Positions 1 through 9,364 of a DNA stretch of 64,000 bases are shown here, one piece after another. Position numbers and translations under genes: made by a program. Each line of letters opens with the position of its first letter. Positions within the stretch are counted from its first letter, which is position 1. Source of the stretch: a bacterium. Lineage in GTDB: Bacteria > Patescibacteriota > Gracilibacteria > UBA4473. Location of the stretch: contig JAACPJ010000001.1 in NCBI GenBank assembly GCA_009995455.1, positions 45,043-109,042 on the forward strand, read 5' to 3'. Under the pieces are notes generated by a model. It ran no database searches. It saw only the letters and a list, made by a program, of their open reading frames with translations, and was not told the origin of the DNA.

Positions 1-1235
1 TTATCAAGCTGCCAGTTAACCAGCTTTTGTTGCCCGATTCCAAACACGGTTGAAGTTAACCAGTAAATTCCAACTGCCGCTGGAAAAGTAGCGGTGAAAA
101 AACCGATCATCAATGGAAGCATCCAAAGCATCATTTTTTGCATTTGTTCCATTTGCTCTGCCATATCTGGGGATTTATCTTTCGTTTCTTTTTTCTTTTC
201 AACTATTTTCGGTCCTTGCTGTTTTTTAGCCGCCGACATAGAAAGCTTAATGGCTATGAACTGAGCCACTGCCACCAACACCGGTAAGACCCAAATATTC
301 GGAATTTCTAGGTTTAAGCCGAGGAAGTTAGTATCAACGATACTTAGGTCCACTCCAGAATGGAAAGGGTAAAGCAAGTGATTTAAATGCGGAGAAAGCC
401 CATCTTTAACCACCAAATAGATACCAATTAGAAACGGCATCTGTAACAGCATTGGAGCGCACGAGCTCATCGGATTAATTTTGTGCTTTTTGTAAAGCGC
501 CATAGTTTCCATCGCCAACATTTGTTGGTTCTCTTTGTGCTTTTTTCGAAGCGATTGAATATGCGGCTGAAGTTTCTGCAACTTTCTTTGCGACTTCATC
601 GCCTTTTGATTCGGCAAAAACAACAATATACGCACCGCAATTGTGAGAAGAATAATAGACCAACCAAGTGAATGAGTTGGCAACACTTCAATTAAAAAGA
701 CCAAACCATTAAATAAAGGCTGCGTTATAACCAAGCGGAAAGTTTTACGAAGCCATCCCGCTTGTTTTACTTCAAACTGAGTCGTGGTAAGAGTTTGTGT
801 TTCTTCGCCACTTTGCAAAGCCCATTCTAAACGATAATTTCCAGGGGCATTGAACAGACCCGTATTAAACTCTGGCAAGCTGTAAAGGACTGTACTTTGT
901 GGCGGAATAACCAGTGCGGATGGCGCAAAGTTTCCACAGCTAGGCTTTGTTACGGCAACTTCTTTACTGGCAACAATGGCGAGCAGTTCTAGTGAACTTG
1001 ATTGGTCACAAAAATGGAACCATTCCCAGGTTTCAGCGGTTTCATTCTTAAACCGGAACTGCACTAGCTGCCCTTGTACAGGCGTATTATCTACCAACTC
1101 CATACTAAGCAGACCGGCGGTTGTTGGAACTTCTGTTTCTGGAGCAAACCACCATTGGTAGGCGCTAACAACTAAGTAAAAAACACAGAACCAAATTAAT
1201 AAACTCTTCAGAAAACTTTTTATATTATCATTCAT
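1..1235 (-). CDS. yidC: membrane protein insertase YidC; C-terminal end cut by window edge
   Basis: Own translation of the minus strand from ATG at 1235 stays open to base 3. There is no in-window stop, which is why it is absent from the ORF track. Contains YidC/Oxa1-type segments NPMSSCAPMLLQMPFLIGIY and AAVGIYWLTSTVFGIGQQ. rpmH-rnpA-yidC order; start overlaps rnpA stop (ATGAATGA). Confidence 0.85.
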   Translation of the reverse strand, partial: MNDNIKSFLKSLLIWFCVFYLVVSAYQWWFAPETEVPTTAGLLSMELVDNTPVQGQLVQFRFKNETAETWEWFHFCDQSSSLELLAIVASKEVAVTKPSCGNFAPSALVIPPQSTVLYSLPEFNTGLFNAPGNYRLEWALQSGEETQTLTTTQFEVKQAGWLRKTFRLVITQPLFNGLVFLIEVLPTHSLGWSIILLTIAVRILLFLPNQKAMKSQRKLQKLQPHIQSLRKKHKENQQMLAMETMALYKKHKINPMSSCAPMLLQMPFLIGIYLVVKDGLSPHLNHLLYPFHSGVDLSIVDTNFLGLNLEIPNIWVLPVLVAVAQFIAIKLSMSAAKKQQGPKIVEKKKETKDKSPDMAEQMEQMQKMMLWMLPLMIGFFTATFPAAVGIYWLTSTVFGIGQQKLVNWQLD

Positions 1236-1584
1236 GGTGAAAACGTAAGTAATTTTTATCAACCGCGTAGGCTTTAAATTGCTGCCAGGCAACCGCCAAA
1301 TCGTCGGTATTCTCGGGGATAGATGCCCCTTTGTAAAGACAAACTAACGCGAGCGGCTTTTGGCTACGAATTAAATCCACTCCAACTAAATCATAAACCG
1401 TTCGACGCCAAGAATTTCTGGCCACCGCTCGTTTATCCACTTTTTTACTGATGACGGCCGCAAGCTTAGAGCCTCTTTGTAAAGGACAATAAAAAAACAA
1501 AAAATCCCCCGCCGAAAATTTTTTCATTTTCGGTCGGAGGAATGTAAAATCGCGCCGTGTAAAACGGTGCGTCTTAGAAATCAT
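1228..1584 (-). CDS. rnpA: ribonuclease P protein component
   Basis: 118-aa basic ORF wedged between rpmH and yidC; RnpA-like core ISKKVDKRAVARNSWRR. Confidence 0.8.
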   Translation of the reverse strand: MISKTHRFTRRDFTFLRPKMKKFSAGDFLFFYCPLQRGSKLAAVISKKVDKRAVARNSWRRTVYDLVGVDLIRSQKPLALVCLYKGASIPENTDDLAVAWQQFKAYAVDKNYLRFHHE

Positions 1585-1737
1585 CTACTTCCAAGAGTTT
1601 TCTTTTGGAGCCACTGATAGTGACTTTCGTCCCTTAGCTCGACGACGAGCTATGACACGACGACCCGTTTTAGTCTCCATACGAGCTCTGAAACCATGGG
1701 TTCGCATTCGTTTACGCCAACGTCTTTTTCCTAGCAT
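1585..1737 (-). CDS. rpmH: 50S ribosomal protein L34 with short C-terminal extension
   Basis: Hand-translated 50-aa ORF below the track cutoff: [50 protein letters not shown]. Classic L34 basic pattern; stop codon abuts the rnpA start. Confidence 0.85.
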   Translation of the reverse strand: MLGKRRWRKRMRTHGFRARMETKTGRRVIARRRAKGRKSLSVAPKENSWK

Positions 1738-1805
1738 ATGATAAATTTATTCAAAATTGCCGAGCGAATCTAGCTAATTGATACGCCTTGTCAAGACTTG
1801 TAAAT

Positions 1806-2459
1806 CTAAACTGAAGCTTGAGTAAAGGCCAGCTCTAAAGCCTCAAAAGCAAGCTGGATATCTTTTCGATCAATATAAACCGTGAATTCTGAAAAGGTAG
1901 AGGTCGCTTCAATCACGTTAACATTATGCAAAGCTAAGGTGCGCAGCACCGTATATAAAAACCCTGGCTGAGAAGAGTACTCTTTGGGAAACTTGATAAT
2001 CAAAGCGGACACCGAGTCATGCTCAAACTTTGGTTCTTCCTGAATATAAAGCTTAGAAATTTCTAAAAACCGGGCCTCAAATATGACGGCATGTTCGTTC
2101 ATACCTTCATTCCAACCAAAATACCCATTCCGTTCTCGAATCGCATGGCTTAAGGCCTCAACCTGCTTTTCCGTGCGATCATTTTTATAATAAGTCATCG
2201 TCACCAAGTTTGATTGAATGGTAATATTCTCAATTTGGAACTTTGGTTTCATGGCCGCCTCGTTTACATAATTTTGTTGAAGCCGAGAGAGGTTCATCAA
2301 AATGGCCGAAGGGCGCACTTCTTTTTTTAGCTTTGCTTCAATCATTGGCTGCAAAAATTGAGCCAACTGAGTTAAATTAAAAATTCGGTTGGCGAGTCCA
2401 AACGACAAATGAGGATTTTGCGCCACTAATTCTCGAACGACGTCTGATATTTTGATCAT
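1806..2459 (-). CDS. hypothetical protein, possible C-terminal ACT-like domain
   Basis: 217-aa clean ORF. The C-terminal beta-alpha-beta-like segment (PGFLYTVLRTLALHNVNVIEATSTFSEFTVYI) resembles ACT folds. Function not supported further. Confidence 0.45.
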   Translation of the reverse strand: MIKISDVVRELVAQNPHLSFGLANRIFNLTQLAQFLQPMIEAKLKKEVRPSAILMNLSRLQQNYVNEAAMKPKFQIENITIQSNLVTMTYYKNDRTEKQVEALSHAIRERNGYFGWNEGMNEHAVIFEARFLEISKLYIQEEPKFEHDSVSALIIKFPKEYSSQPGFLYTVLRTLALHNVNVIEATSTFSEFTVYIDRKDIQLAFEALELAFTQASV

Positions 2460-2594
2460 TTTGTTGTAAATACAGATTAAAATCTAAAAATTGTTTGATA
2501 ACCAGACAATAAACTAAAACAAAACTTTTTTACATAAATAATTAATTATTTATCTCTAGCCTTTATAAATGATGATGACTCACAAACAAAAATC

Positions 2595-2768
2595 ATGGTT
2601 ACTGACACTTTTCAAAAACGGCACCTTCACTATCAAGTGCTTTACGAGTATGCCTTGCTTGAATACGAGTTAAACCTGCAAGGCAAAGAAGTCCCGCGCT
2701 TGCCCTTAAAAGAGCCGCAAGATTTACTCCGACAAATTAAATCCCTGCGCCAACACTTAAACGTCTAA
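2595..2768 (+). CDS. small hypothetical protein (57 aa)
   Basis: Hand-found ORF MVTDTFQKRHLHYQVLYEYALLEYELNLQGKEVPRLPLKEPQDLLRQIKSLRQHLNV. It fills the gap before holB with a protein-like composition. Below the track cutoff. Confidence 0.3.
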   Translation: MVTDTFQKRHLHYQVLYEYALLEYELNLQGKEVPRLPLKEPQDLLRQIKSLRQHLNV

Positions 2769-2806
2769 CCTTCACAAAGTCTAAATTCTTTCTATGCTGA
2801 AGAGGC

Positions 2807-3529
2807 ATGTCAGCAGAAAAATTAAATCGATGGGTTTCAGAAAACCGTGTGCCACAAAGGCTCCTCCTTTCAGGCAGTGGCAACCTATTAGAATTAGGCT
2901 TAAAAACGGCTTCCTTAATTTTAGATGAACCTTTGATAAAAATAACCCAAGGCATTAATCAAGATGTAAAAGTTTCGGTTGATGATGAACAATCACTTAA
3001 AATTGGAGATCGACAAAACCCTGAATCACTTAGTGTTAGAGGTTTAATTAGATGGCTGCACCAAACGCCGGTTTCTAAAAGACGCGTGCTTGTTTTAGAA
3101 AATTTAGAAAGAACCTCTCGCGACGCCATGCACACCTGGTTAAAAATTCTTGAAGAGCCGCCAGAACGAGCTCAATTTATTTTAACGACTAAAAATCATC
3201 ACCAGCTTCCAACTACAATTTTGTCACGATTGACCGTTTTGCCCATTACCGACATTCCCGTTACAAACCACAGTACTGATGCGTCTGCCTTCCTGGCTTC
3301 AAAAGATTTGATAGACCAATTCCAAATCATTGACGCACTTGATAAAACCCACAAAGACGACCCAAAAATCGCGAAACGATTTATGGATGAATTACTGCAC
3401 GAAGCCAGGCAAAACCCGCAATACCAAAGACTTATTCCTGCCTTTTTTGATGCCTACACCGATATTCAACGTAATATCAACCGACGTTTAGTGCTGGAGC
3501 ATCTTGCGATTTATATGCAAAATCGTTAA
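2807..3529 (+). CDS. holB: DNA polymerase III delta-prime-like subunit (degenerate AAA+)
   Basis: Motifs NRVPQRLLLSGSG and LKILEEPPERAQFILTT...LPTTILSRL (sensor/SRC-like). Followed by a PSP1 gene as in holB-yaaT synteny. Confidence 0.7.
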   Translation: MSAEKLNRWVSENRVPQRLLLSGSGNLLELGLKTASLILDEPLIKITQGINQDVKVSVDDEQSLKIGDRQNPESLSVRGLIRWLHQTPVSKRRVLVLENLERTSRDAMHTWLKILEEPPERAQFILTTKNHHQLPTTILSRLTVLPITDIPVTNHSTDASAFLASKDLIDQFQIIDALDKTHKDDPKIAKRFMDELLHEARQNPQYQRLIPAFFDAYTDIQRNINRRLVLEHLAIYMQNR

Positions 3530-3540
3530 ATTTAAACCAT

Positions 3541-4413
3541 ATGGAAATCTTTCAAGCTCGTGATCTTCTGCGTTATAAAACTGTAACTTTAGCCATGCCA
3601 GAAAACATGGTTCTAAGCTATAAACAACCAATTTTGCTAAAAGGCGCACGCGAAAGCATAGTCGCTGAAGTTATCGGCATGCCCCGCACTTTACCTGGAG
3701 CGCGAACCGATGAAGACCTTGAATTTTCAAAAACCTTAAACTCAGACGAAATTAAAGCCTACGAGGATCTGCAAGAAAAAAGCCAAGACCTGCTAAACCA
3801 AGTTCAGGCTGCCGCCGATGAATTAAAACTGAAAATGTATTTCTTTCATGTGCAAATTGGTTGGGAAGAAAAAACAGTGGCCTGCTGGTTTACCTCAGAA
3901 CAACCGGTAGATTTCAGAGATTTACTAAAAGCCATCACGCCTAAATTTAAAGGCCGGATTCACCTGCAACGACTCGATCCGCGAGACCGAGCCGATATTA
4001 TCGGTGGCCCAAGATGTTGCGGCCGACCAGAATGTTGTGATGTGCGACTGAGCACCAAAAAGATTTCACTTGATGCGGTGCGAGACCAAGGCATTGTAAT
4101 TCGTGGGAACGATAAACTCTATGATGTGAGCGGAAAACTGAAACGATGTTTACTGCATGAAGTCGATATGTATAGGGCAAACCGAAAATACCTGCCTCAC
4201 ATCAAACAAAGTGTAATGGTCGATGGCAAAAAAGCTCAAGTACGAGGTTTAGATATTTTAAACCGCCGCGTTAAAGTGAGCTTTATGGATACCGACGTGA
4301 TTGAGTTTTACCCGGTCGCAGAAGTTGAATACCAAGGCAAACAAGAAAGCGTTGAAGAACCGTTAGATTTCACGATGCCAGAAATTGAGTTAGACGGCGC
4401 CTTACCCGTTTAA
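3541..4413 (+). CDS. PSP1 domain protein (RicT/YaaT-like)
   Basis: Cys cluster GGPRCCGRPECC plus a PSP1-like core; conserved position after holB. Confidence 0.75.
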   Translation: MEIFQARDLLRYKTVTLAMPENMVLSYKQPILLKGARESIVAEVIGMPRTLPGARTDEDLEFSKTLNSDEIKAYEDLQEKSQDLLNQVQAAADELKLKMYFFHVQIGWEEKTVACWFTSEQPVDFRDLLKAITPKFKGRIHLQRLDPRDRADIIGGPRCCGRPECCDVRLSTKKISLDAVRDQGIVIRGNDKLYDVSGKLKRCLLHEVDMYRANRKYLPHIKQSVMVDGKKAQVRGLDILNRRVKVSFMDTDVIEFYPVAEVEYQGKQESVEEPLDFTMPEIELDGALPV

Positions 4414-4440
4414 ATATATAAATTTCAGTTATTGAGCCAT

Positions 4441-4468
4441 AAAAAACCGCCTATGTGGCGGTTTTTTT
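4441..4468. terminator. bidirectional rho-independent terminator between convergent PSP1 gene and purH
   Basis: AAACCGCC-TATGT-GGCGGTTT hairpin flanked by an A-run and a T-run. Confidence 0.7.
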
Positions 4469-4491
4469 ATCTCTTTACGCTTTAAATTAAA

Positions 4492-6012
4492 TCAATGCAA
4501 AAAGGCTCGCATTCCTGTTAAAACAGTCGCTATCCCCATTTCATCGCACGCGGCAAAAACGTCTTTATCGCCTTGGGCGCCGCCCGGTTGAATAATTGCC
4601 GCAATCCCAGCCGCTCCAGCGGCTTCTACGCTATCAGGGAAAGGAAAGAAAGCATCGCTCGCAATAACCGCCCCTTTGGCGTTTTCTCCAGCGTGCCCAA
4701 GGGCAATTTCCATGGCTTCAACCCGTGAAGTTTGTCCGCCTCCTTTTCCAATCATTACCCCGTCTTTCACTACTACGATCGCGTTTGATTTTACAATTTT
4801 CACCATTTTCCAAGCCGCTACTAAATCTTGCATCTGAGACTCGGTTGGCTTGGTATTGGTTGTAATTTCTAAGCTCGCAAAGTCAGGCAAAGCGATGTCG
4901 GCTTCTTGCGCTAAAGTTCCACCTCGAACACGCTTTAGCACGAGGTCACGAGTTTGTCCTGCCTCAAAGTTTGGAATTTCCAGCACTCGTAAATTTTTCT
5001 TGGTTTTTAAAATTTCTAAAGCGTCTGCGTCAAACGCCGGCGCCATTACAATCTCATTAAAGAAAGTAACAATGTGTTCGGCGGTCGCTTTATCGCAAGT
5101 TCGGTTCAAAGCAATGACGCCTCCAAAGGCTGAAAGCGGATCAGCCTCGTACGCTTTTTTAAAGGCTTCTGAAATAGTTTCCCCAATCGCCGCCCCACAA
5201 GGCGTCGCGTGCTTAATAATGGTAGCAAAGGCCGGGGCGTCCTTTCCGGCAAAGCTAAGGGCCAATTCTAATGCGCCAGAGCTATCGCCAAAGTTATTGT
5301 AACTGAGAGGTTTCCCATTTAATTGTTTAGCTCCCACTAAAAGCGGACCACTCGCAAATGGGTCCACTAATGTGGCTGCCCCCTGATGCGGATTTTCTCC
5401 ATAACGTAATTGTCCTTTTTCTTCACTGTCTTTAGTGGTTTCTGCCCAAAACTTAGCGATTAACAAGTCGTAATGCGCCGTCATTTCAAACACTTTTGTC
5501 GCCAGCTCTTTACGAGTCGTCAGGCTAATATCACCCGAATCTAATTCAGAAATCAGTCTTGGATAATCTGAAGGATCCACCACGGCGGCACAAAACTCAT
5601 AGTTTTTAGCCGCCGCACGAATCATAGAAGGGCCACCGATATCAATGTTTTCGACTTTATCTTCAAAAGTTTTAACCGCGTCTTCGTAGGTCGCTTTAAA
5701 CGGATATAAATTCACGCACACAATATCGATATTTTCAATGCTGTTTTCAGTACAAAATTTTTGGTGTTCGACGTTATTTCTTAAGTTTAAAATCCCTCCA
5801 AAAATTTCTGGTGTCAGGGTTTTAATACGGCCTTCTAAACCTTCTGGAAACCCGGTGAAATCAGCGACTTCCATTAAATTCCCAACGCCCGCGGCTTGTA
5901 AGGCCTTAAAAGTTCCACCCGTTGAAAGTAAGCGGTAACCCAGTCGTTCAAGTTCTTGAGCAAACTCAACAACCCCAGTTTTATCGGAGACAGACAGCAG
6001 AGCGGTTTTCAT
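4492..6012 (-). CDS. purH: bifunctional AICAR transformylase / IMP cyclohydrolase
   Basis: 506 aa with an MGS-like N-terminus (ALLSVSDKTG...LLSTGGT) and an AICARFT core (RYGENPHQ, SNAIV..KDG..IG.GGGQ.SRV). Confidence 0.95.
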   Translation of the reverse strand: MKTALLSVSDKTGVVEFAQELERLGYRLLSTGGTFKALQAAGVGNLMEVADFTGFPEGLEGRIKTLTPEIFGGILNLRNNVEHQKFCTENSIENIDIVCVNLYPFKATYEDAVKTFEDKVENIDIGGPSMIRAAAKNYEFCAAVVDPSDYPRLISELDSGDISLTTRKELATKVFEMTAHYDLLIAKFWAETTKDSEEKGQLRYGENPHQGAATLVDPFASGPLLVGAKQLNGKPLSYNNFGDSSGALELALSFAGKDAPAFATIIKHATPCGAAIGETISEAFKKAYEADPLSAFGGVIALNRTCDKATAEHIVTFFNEIVMAPAFDADALEILKTKKNLRVLEIPNFEAGQTRDLVLKRVRGGTLAQEADIALPDFASLEITTNTKPTESQMQDLVAAWKMVKIVKSNAIVVVKDGVMIGKGGGQTSRVEAMEIALGHAGENAKGAVIASDAFFPFPDSVEAAGAAGIAAIIQPGGAQGDKDVFAACDEMGIATVLTGMRAFLH

Positions 6013-6032
6013 AAAAGAGATTTAATTAATAA

Positions 6033-7292
6033 TTAAGCGTTATAATCAGGATAGGCCAAAAACAAAGCTCCAGAGTTTGGATTGCAAAGCAGGCCATTTT
6101 TAAGCACCGTTTCAATTTGGTCAGCCGTTATTTTATCTTCAAAATGCCAGGCTTTTAAACGTCGAACGATTACCTTTTTCTTGAGCTGTTCGGTTAACTG
6201 ATCTGCCAAATGCAAAGCCGGATCATCTTCAAAAAATTCTACCAAAAGCTGCTGTGGTTTAGGCGTAAAAGGAACGAGTGTTTCTTTGTTCGGATTGGCA
6301 ATTAAACCAGTTCCCACTAAATCATCAACGCTTAAACTTTCAGCTTCAATGACGTACACAAAGCTTTTATCAAGTTGAAAATCAACGCCAAGCAAATCAC
6401 GAGCCGCTTGATTAACCGAAAAGCCTTCGTTGTCGGTAATAATTAAGGTCTTCTCCAGCACAATCGCGTTTTGGTTCACGCTAAAAGGCTTCACCACAGG
6501 CGCCACTTGGGCCGATAAATCACCAATCTGAACCGAGGCCGGCGACTGCCCCCCTTCAATCCACAATTTCATGGCTTTGAAAATTTGATCTCCATCACAT
6601 TCTAATGGGTAACGTTCAGGGTGCGGCATAATAGCCCCAACAGTGCCTTCTTTATTGACTATCATAGCTACAGCTGACATCGCTCCATTTGGGTTTTCTG
6701 GGTAACCTTGGGCGGTTTCACCCGCTTCATTACAGTAACGAAAAGCTACATGAGAACCAGATTCTAAAGCTAATTGAGCTGTTTTAGATCGAGTCGTAAA
6801 ACGACCTTCCCCGTGAGCCACCGGAACATTTAGAACTTTACCCGCTCCACTTGAAAAAGCGGTGTCAGCTCTTTCTGGTTTAATCGCACACCAAGTATTA
6901 TAATAGCCTGTTCCCATCACGTGATCATTTTCATCGCGCCGCACATTGTCAGCTAAAGCAAAGGGAAGTGGATCTTGCTCGACAGGAATCAATCCCGATT
7001 CCACCACCATTTGTGCCCCATTACAAATACCTAAGATAACTTTCCCCTTAGAAGCTTCTTCTCTCAGGGCTTTAAAAATAGGTTCTCGAGCCGCAATGGC
7101 TCCGGCTCGCCCTCGATCTTCAAACGAAAAACCACCCGGAAGCACGTACGCATCGTAGCTCCCAATTTTATCGACCTGGTTCCACCGAATAATTTCGGCC
7201 TTAAAGCCATTATTCTCGGCCGCTCTAGCGGTTTCAGTCTCACTATTATTACCCGGAAACGCAATGACAGCCAGTGTGGGAGTAGATTTCAC
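6033..7292 (-). CDS. purQ: FGAM synthase glutaminase subunit PurQ fused to two PurS-like repeats
   Basis: N-terminal GATase1 (AVIAFPGNNSE, VLPGGFSFEDR, GICNGAQ, HPER). The C-terminal ~180 aa carries two PurS-like ends (GLIANPNKE, GLLCNPNSG). Confidence 0.8.
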   Translation of the reverse strand: MKSTPTLAVIAFPGNNSETETARAAENNGFKAEIIRWNQVDKIGSYDAYVLPGGFSFEDRGRAGAIAAREPIFKALREEASKGKVILGICNGAQMVVESGLIPVEQDPLPFALADNVRRDENDHVMGTGYYNTWCAIKPERADTAFSSGAGKVLNVPVAHGEGRFTTRSKTAQLALESGSHVAFRYCNEAGETAQGYPENPNGAMSAVAMIVNKEGTVGAIMPHPERYPLECDGDQIFKAMKLWIEGGQSPASVQIGDLSAQVAPVVKPFSVNQNAIVLEKTLIITDNEGFSVNQAARDLLGVDFQLDKSFVYVIEAESLSVDDLVGTGLIANPNKETLVPFTPKPQQLLVEFFEDDPALHLADQLTEQLKKKVIVRRLKAWHFEDKITADQIETVLKNGLLCNPNSGALFLAYPDYNA

Positions 7293-7350
7293 ACAGGCAT
7301 ATTAAATATTTTCCCTCGTAGGTAAAGAAGCCCTCTACTAAAATTAGCCA

Positions 7351-7394
7351 CATCCCGGGATGGGGTGTAAAAATGTCCAAACCATCCCGGGATG
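7351..7394. repeat. REP-like doublet, 2 x CATCCCGGGATG
   Basis: Exact 12-bp palindromes at 7351-7362 and 7383-7394 (32-bp spacing). Intergenic, just 3' of the M42 peptidase gene. Confidence 0.85.
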
Positions 7395-7413
7395 TAAAAA
7401 CGAAAACTTAAGA

Positions 7414-8487
7414 CTAAACGTGTTTCCAATCGCCTTTATCTAAGTTTTCAACCGCCAGTTGTAATAAGTCTAATGTGGCCTTGATATCGGTTTGATGACA
7501 CATTTCTACTTCCTGATGCATGTTTCTTAACGGCACAGAAATCCCGCCGGTAATACAACCCTTTTCGGTCATCATTTGCATGGCGTGTGCATCCGTTCCT
7601 CCTACATCCATCGCTTCAACCTGGTAGATTATTTTTTTCTTATCAGCTAGACCCCGTAAATAATTCACCATTCGACGGTCTGCAATTACGCTGCTGTTCA
7701 TAACATCAATTGAAGCCCCTTTGCCCAGAGAATTAATTTGTTGATGACTTGGCACGCCCGGAATGTCGTTGGCCAACGTAACATCTAAACAAATTCCAAA
7801 ATCTGGTTGAATGCTGTGCACCGCCACTTTTGCGCCTCGCAAACCCACTTCTTCTTGCACGGTAAAAACCGCGTAAAAATCATGCGGAACTTTTTTCAGT
7901 CTTTTAAGAGTTTCAATTAATACAAAAACCAACATCCGGTTATCGAGTGATTTTCCATTCACACAATCACCCATTTCAACAAAGTGTCGTTGACGAGTAA
8001 TTGAATCTCCAACCGAAACGAGTTTATCGAGTTCCTTTTTATCAAGCCCCGTATCAATAAAATAATCTTTTAGCTGTGGGTTCACCTTCCGTTCTTCGGC
8101 CGACATTAAGTGCGCCGCTTTTCCGCCCAGAACCCCAATCACATCTTTTTTTCCATGAATAATAACGCGTTGTGAACTCAGTGTTTTAGGATCAAACCCC
8201 CCCAGCGGACAAAAATGAATAAAACCTTTATCGTCGATGTGTTGCACCATAAAACCAATTTCGTCCATATGAGCGGCCGCCATCAATTTCATCTTTCCTT
8301 TTTTCAGCGTCCCTTTTTTTAACGCAATTAAGTTTCCCATATTATCGACTTCCATCGAATCAACATGGCCTTTAAGTTCTCGTTTAACAATTTCGCGAAT
8401 TCGACCTTCAAAACCAGGTGCTCCGGCGGCTTCTGACAGTTCTTTTAATAATTTAATGTTTAGTTTTGGCGTTTTTTTTAAAGGCAT
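7414..8487 (-). CDS. M42 family metallopeptidase (glutamyl aminopeptidase/CelM-like)
   Basis: AAHMDEIGFMV and FTVQEEVGLRGA motifs; 357 aa. Confidence 0.85.
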   Translation of the reverse strand: MPLKKTPKLNIKLLKELSEAAGAPGFEGRIREIVKRELKGHVDSMEVDNMGNLIALKKGTLKKGKMKLMAAAHMDEIGFMVQHIDDKGFIHFCPLGGFDPKTLSSQRVIIHGKKDVIGVLGGKAAHLMSAEERKVNPQLKDYFIDTGLDKKELDKLVSVGDSITRQRHFVEMGDCVNGKSLDNRMLVFVLIETLKRLKKVPHDFYAVFTVQEEVGLRGAKVAVHSIQPDFGICLDVTLANDIPGVPSHQQINSLGKGASIDVMNSSVIADRRMVNYLRGLADKKKIIYQVEAMDVGGTDAHAMQMMTEKGCITGGISVPLRNMHQEVEMCHQTDIKATLDLLQLAVENLDKGDWKHV

Positions 8488-8614
8488 GAGGTAAAAAATT
8501 AAGTCCCTATGAGGTTAATTAAATCTCAAGAAAACTCCACCGTTATAGAACTATTATTGAGGACTTTCAGAACCTCATTGTTAGAAAAATAGATTTAACC
8601 TAAACTAACAAACG

Positions 8615-9358
8615 ATGTTTGAAAAAATTACCAAAAATATAAAAAATGTGGGCGAAGACGCTCAAAAAGAAAGATTTAAATGGTGGAGTTTTGTCCCCTT
8701 TAAACGAGACAAAAAAGCTCGTGAAGCAGTTGATAAACTTATGGAAAGCTCACGCCTAGAGCCAAGTTTTTTTGTAATGTCTGGGCTATCGGCCATTTTG
8801 GCAACGCTTGGTATTTTGCTCAATGATATTCCAATTTTAATTGCAGCTATGGTGCTAGCCCCCTTATTAAACCCGGTGCTCGCTTGCGCGGCCGGCTTTG
8901 CCATAAACAATAAAACTTTAGTGTGGTACGCCTTAAAAAGCTTTGTAGGTTCGGTTGTCTTCGTCATCCTGGTTTCAGCGATGTTAGTGTTTGTGCTTGA
9001 TAATATGGGCTACGATTTTGATATCACTACCTATGTAGATAAGTTTAAACGTTTCGACCATCTCCTCTTTTTAGCCGCCTTTGTTTCAGGATTTGCCGGT
9101 GTCTATTCTTGGTTAAAAGCCACCAACGCCAGTAATTTAGTGGGTGTGGCTATTGCGGTTTCTTTAATTCCGTTTGTCAGCTTTTTTGGCGTCTTGCTGG
9201 GGCTTCAAGAATTCAGCCTGATAAATTATTACTGGCAACCTTTTATGATTAATTTGGTTACTATTTTAGTGGGGGCCACTTCGGCTTTCCTGTTACTTGG
9301 GTTTTCCAGACAAAAAAGAGCCCTCGATCAAGAAGTAGAACAAAACAAAGAGGACTGA
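8615..9358 (+). CDS. DUF389-like integral membrane protein
   Basis: Multi-TM ORF with LAPLLNPVLACAAG-type motif. Confidence 0.55.
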   Translation: MFEKITKNIKNVGEDAQKERFKWWSFVPFKRDKKAREAVDKLMESSRLEPSFFVMSGLSAILATLGILLNDIPILIAAMVLAPLLNPVLACAAGFAINNKTLVWYALKSFVGSVVFVILVSAMLVFVLDNMGYDFDITTYVDKFKRFDHLLFLAAFVSGFAGVYSWLKATNASNLVGVAIAVSLIPFVSFFGVLLGLQEFSLINYYWQPFMINLVTILVGATSAFLLLGFSRQKRALDQEVEQNKED

Positions 9359-9364
9359 AGCTAC

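Noticed and set aside
2460-2594. AT-rich gap as a replication origin unwinding element.
   Set aside because: No DnaA boxes and no dnaA are nearby. It is more simply a divergent promoter region.
4441-4468. The terminator stems at 4444-4464 and 44835-44857 share the identical arms AAACCGCC/GGCGGTTT, suggesting a dispersed repeat.
   Set aside because: Only 8-bp arms are shared, with different loops and flanks. This is compatible with convergent terminator design rather than a mobile repeat.
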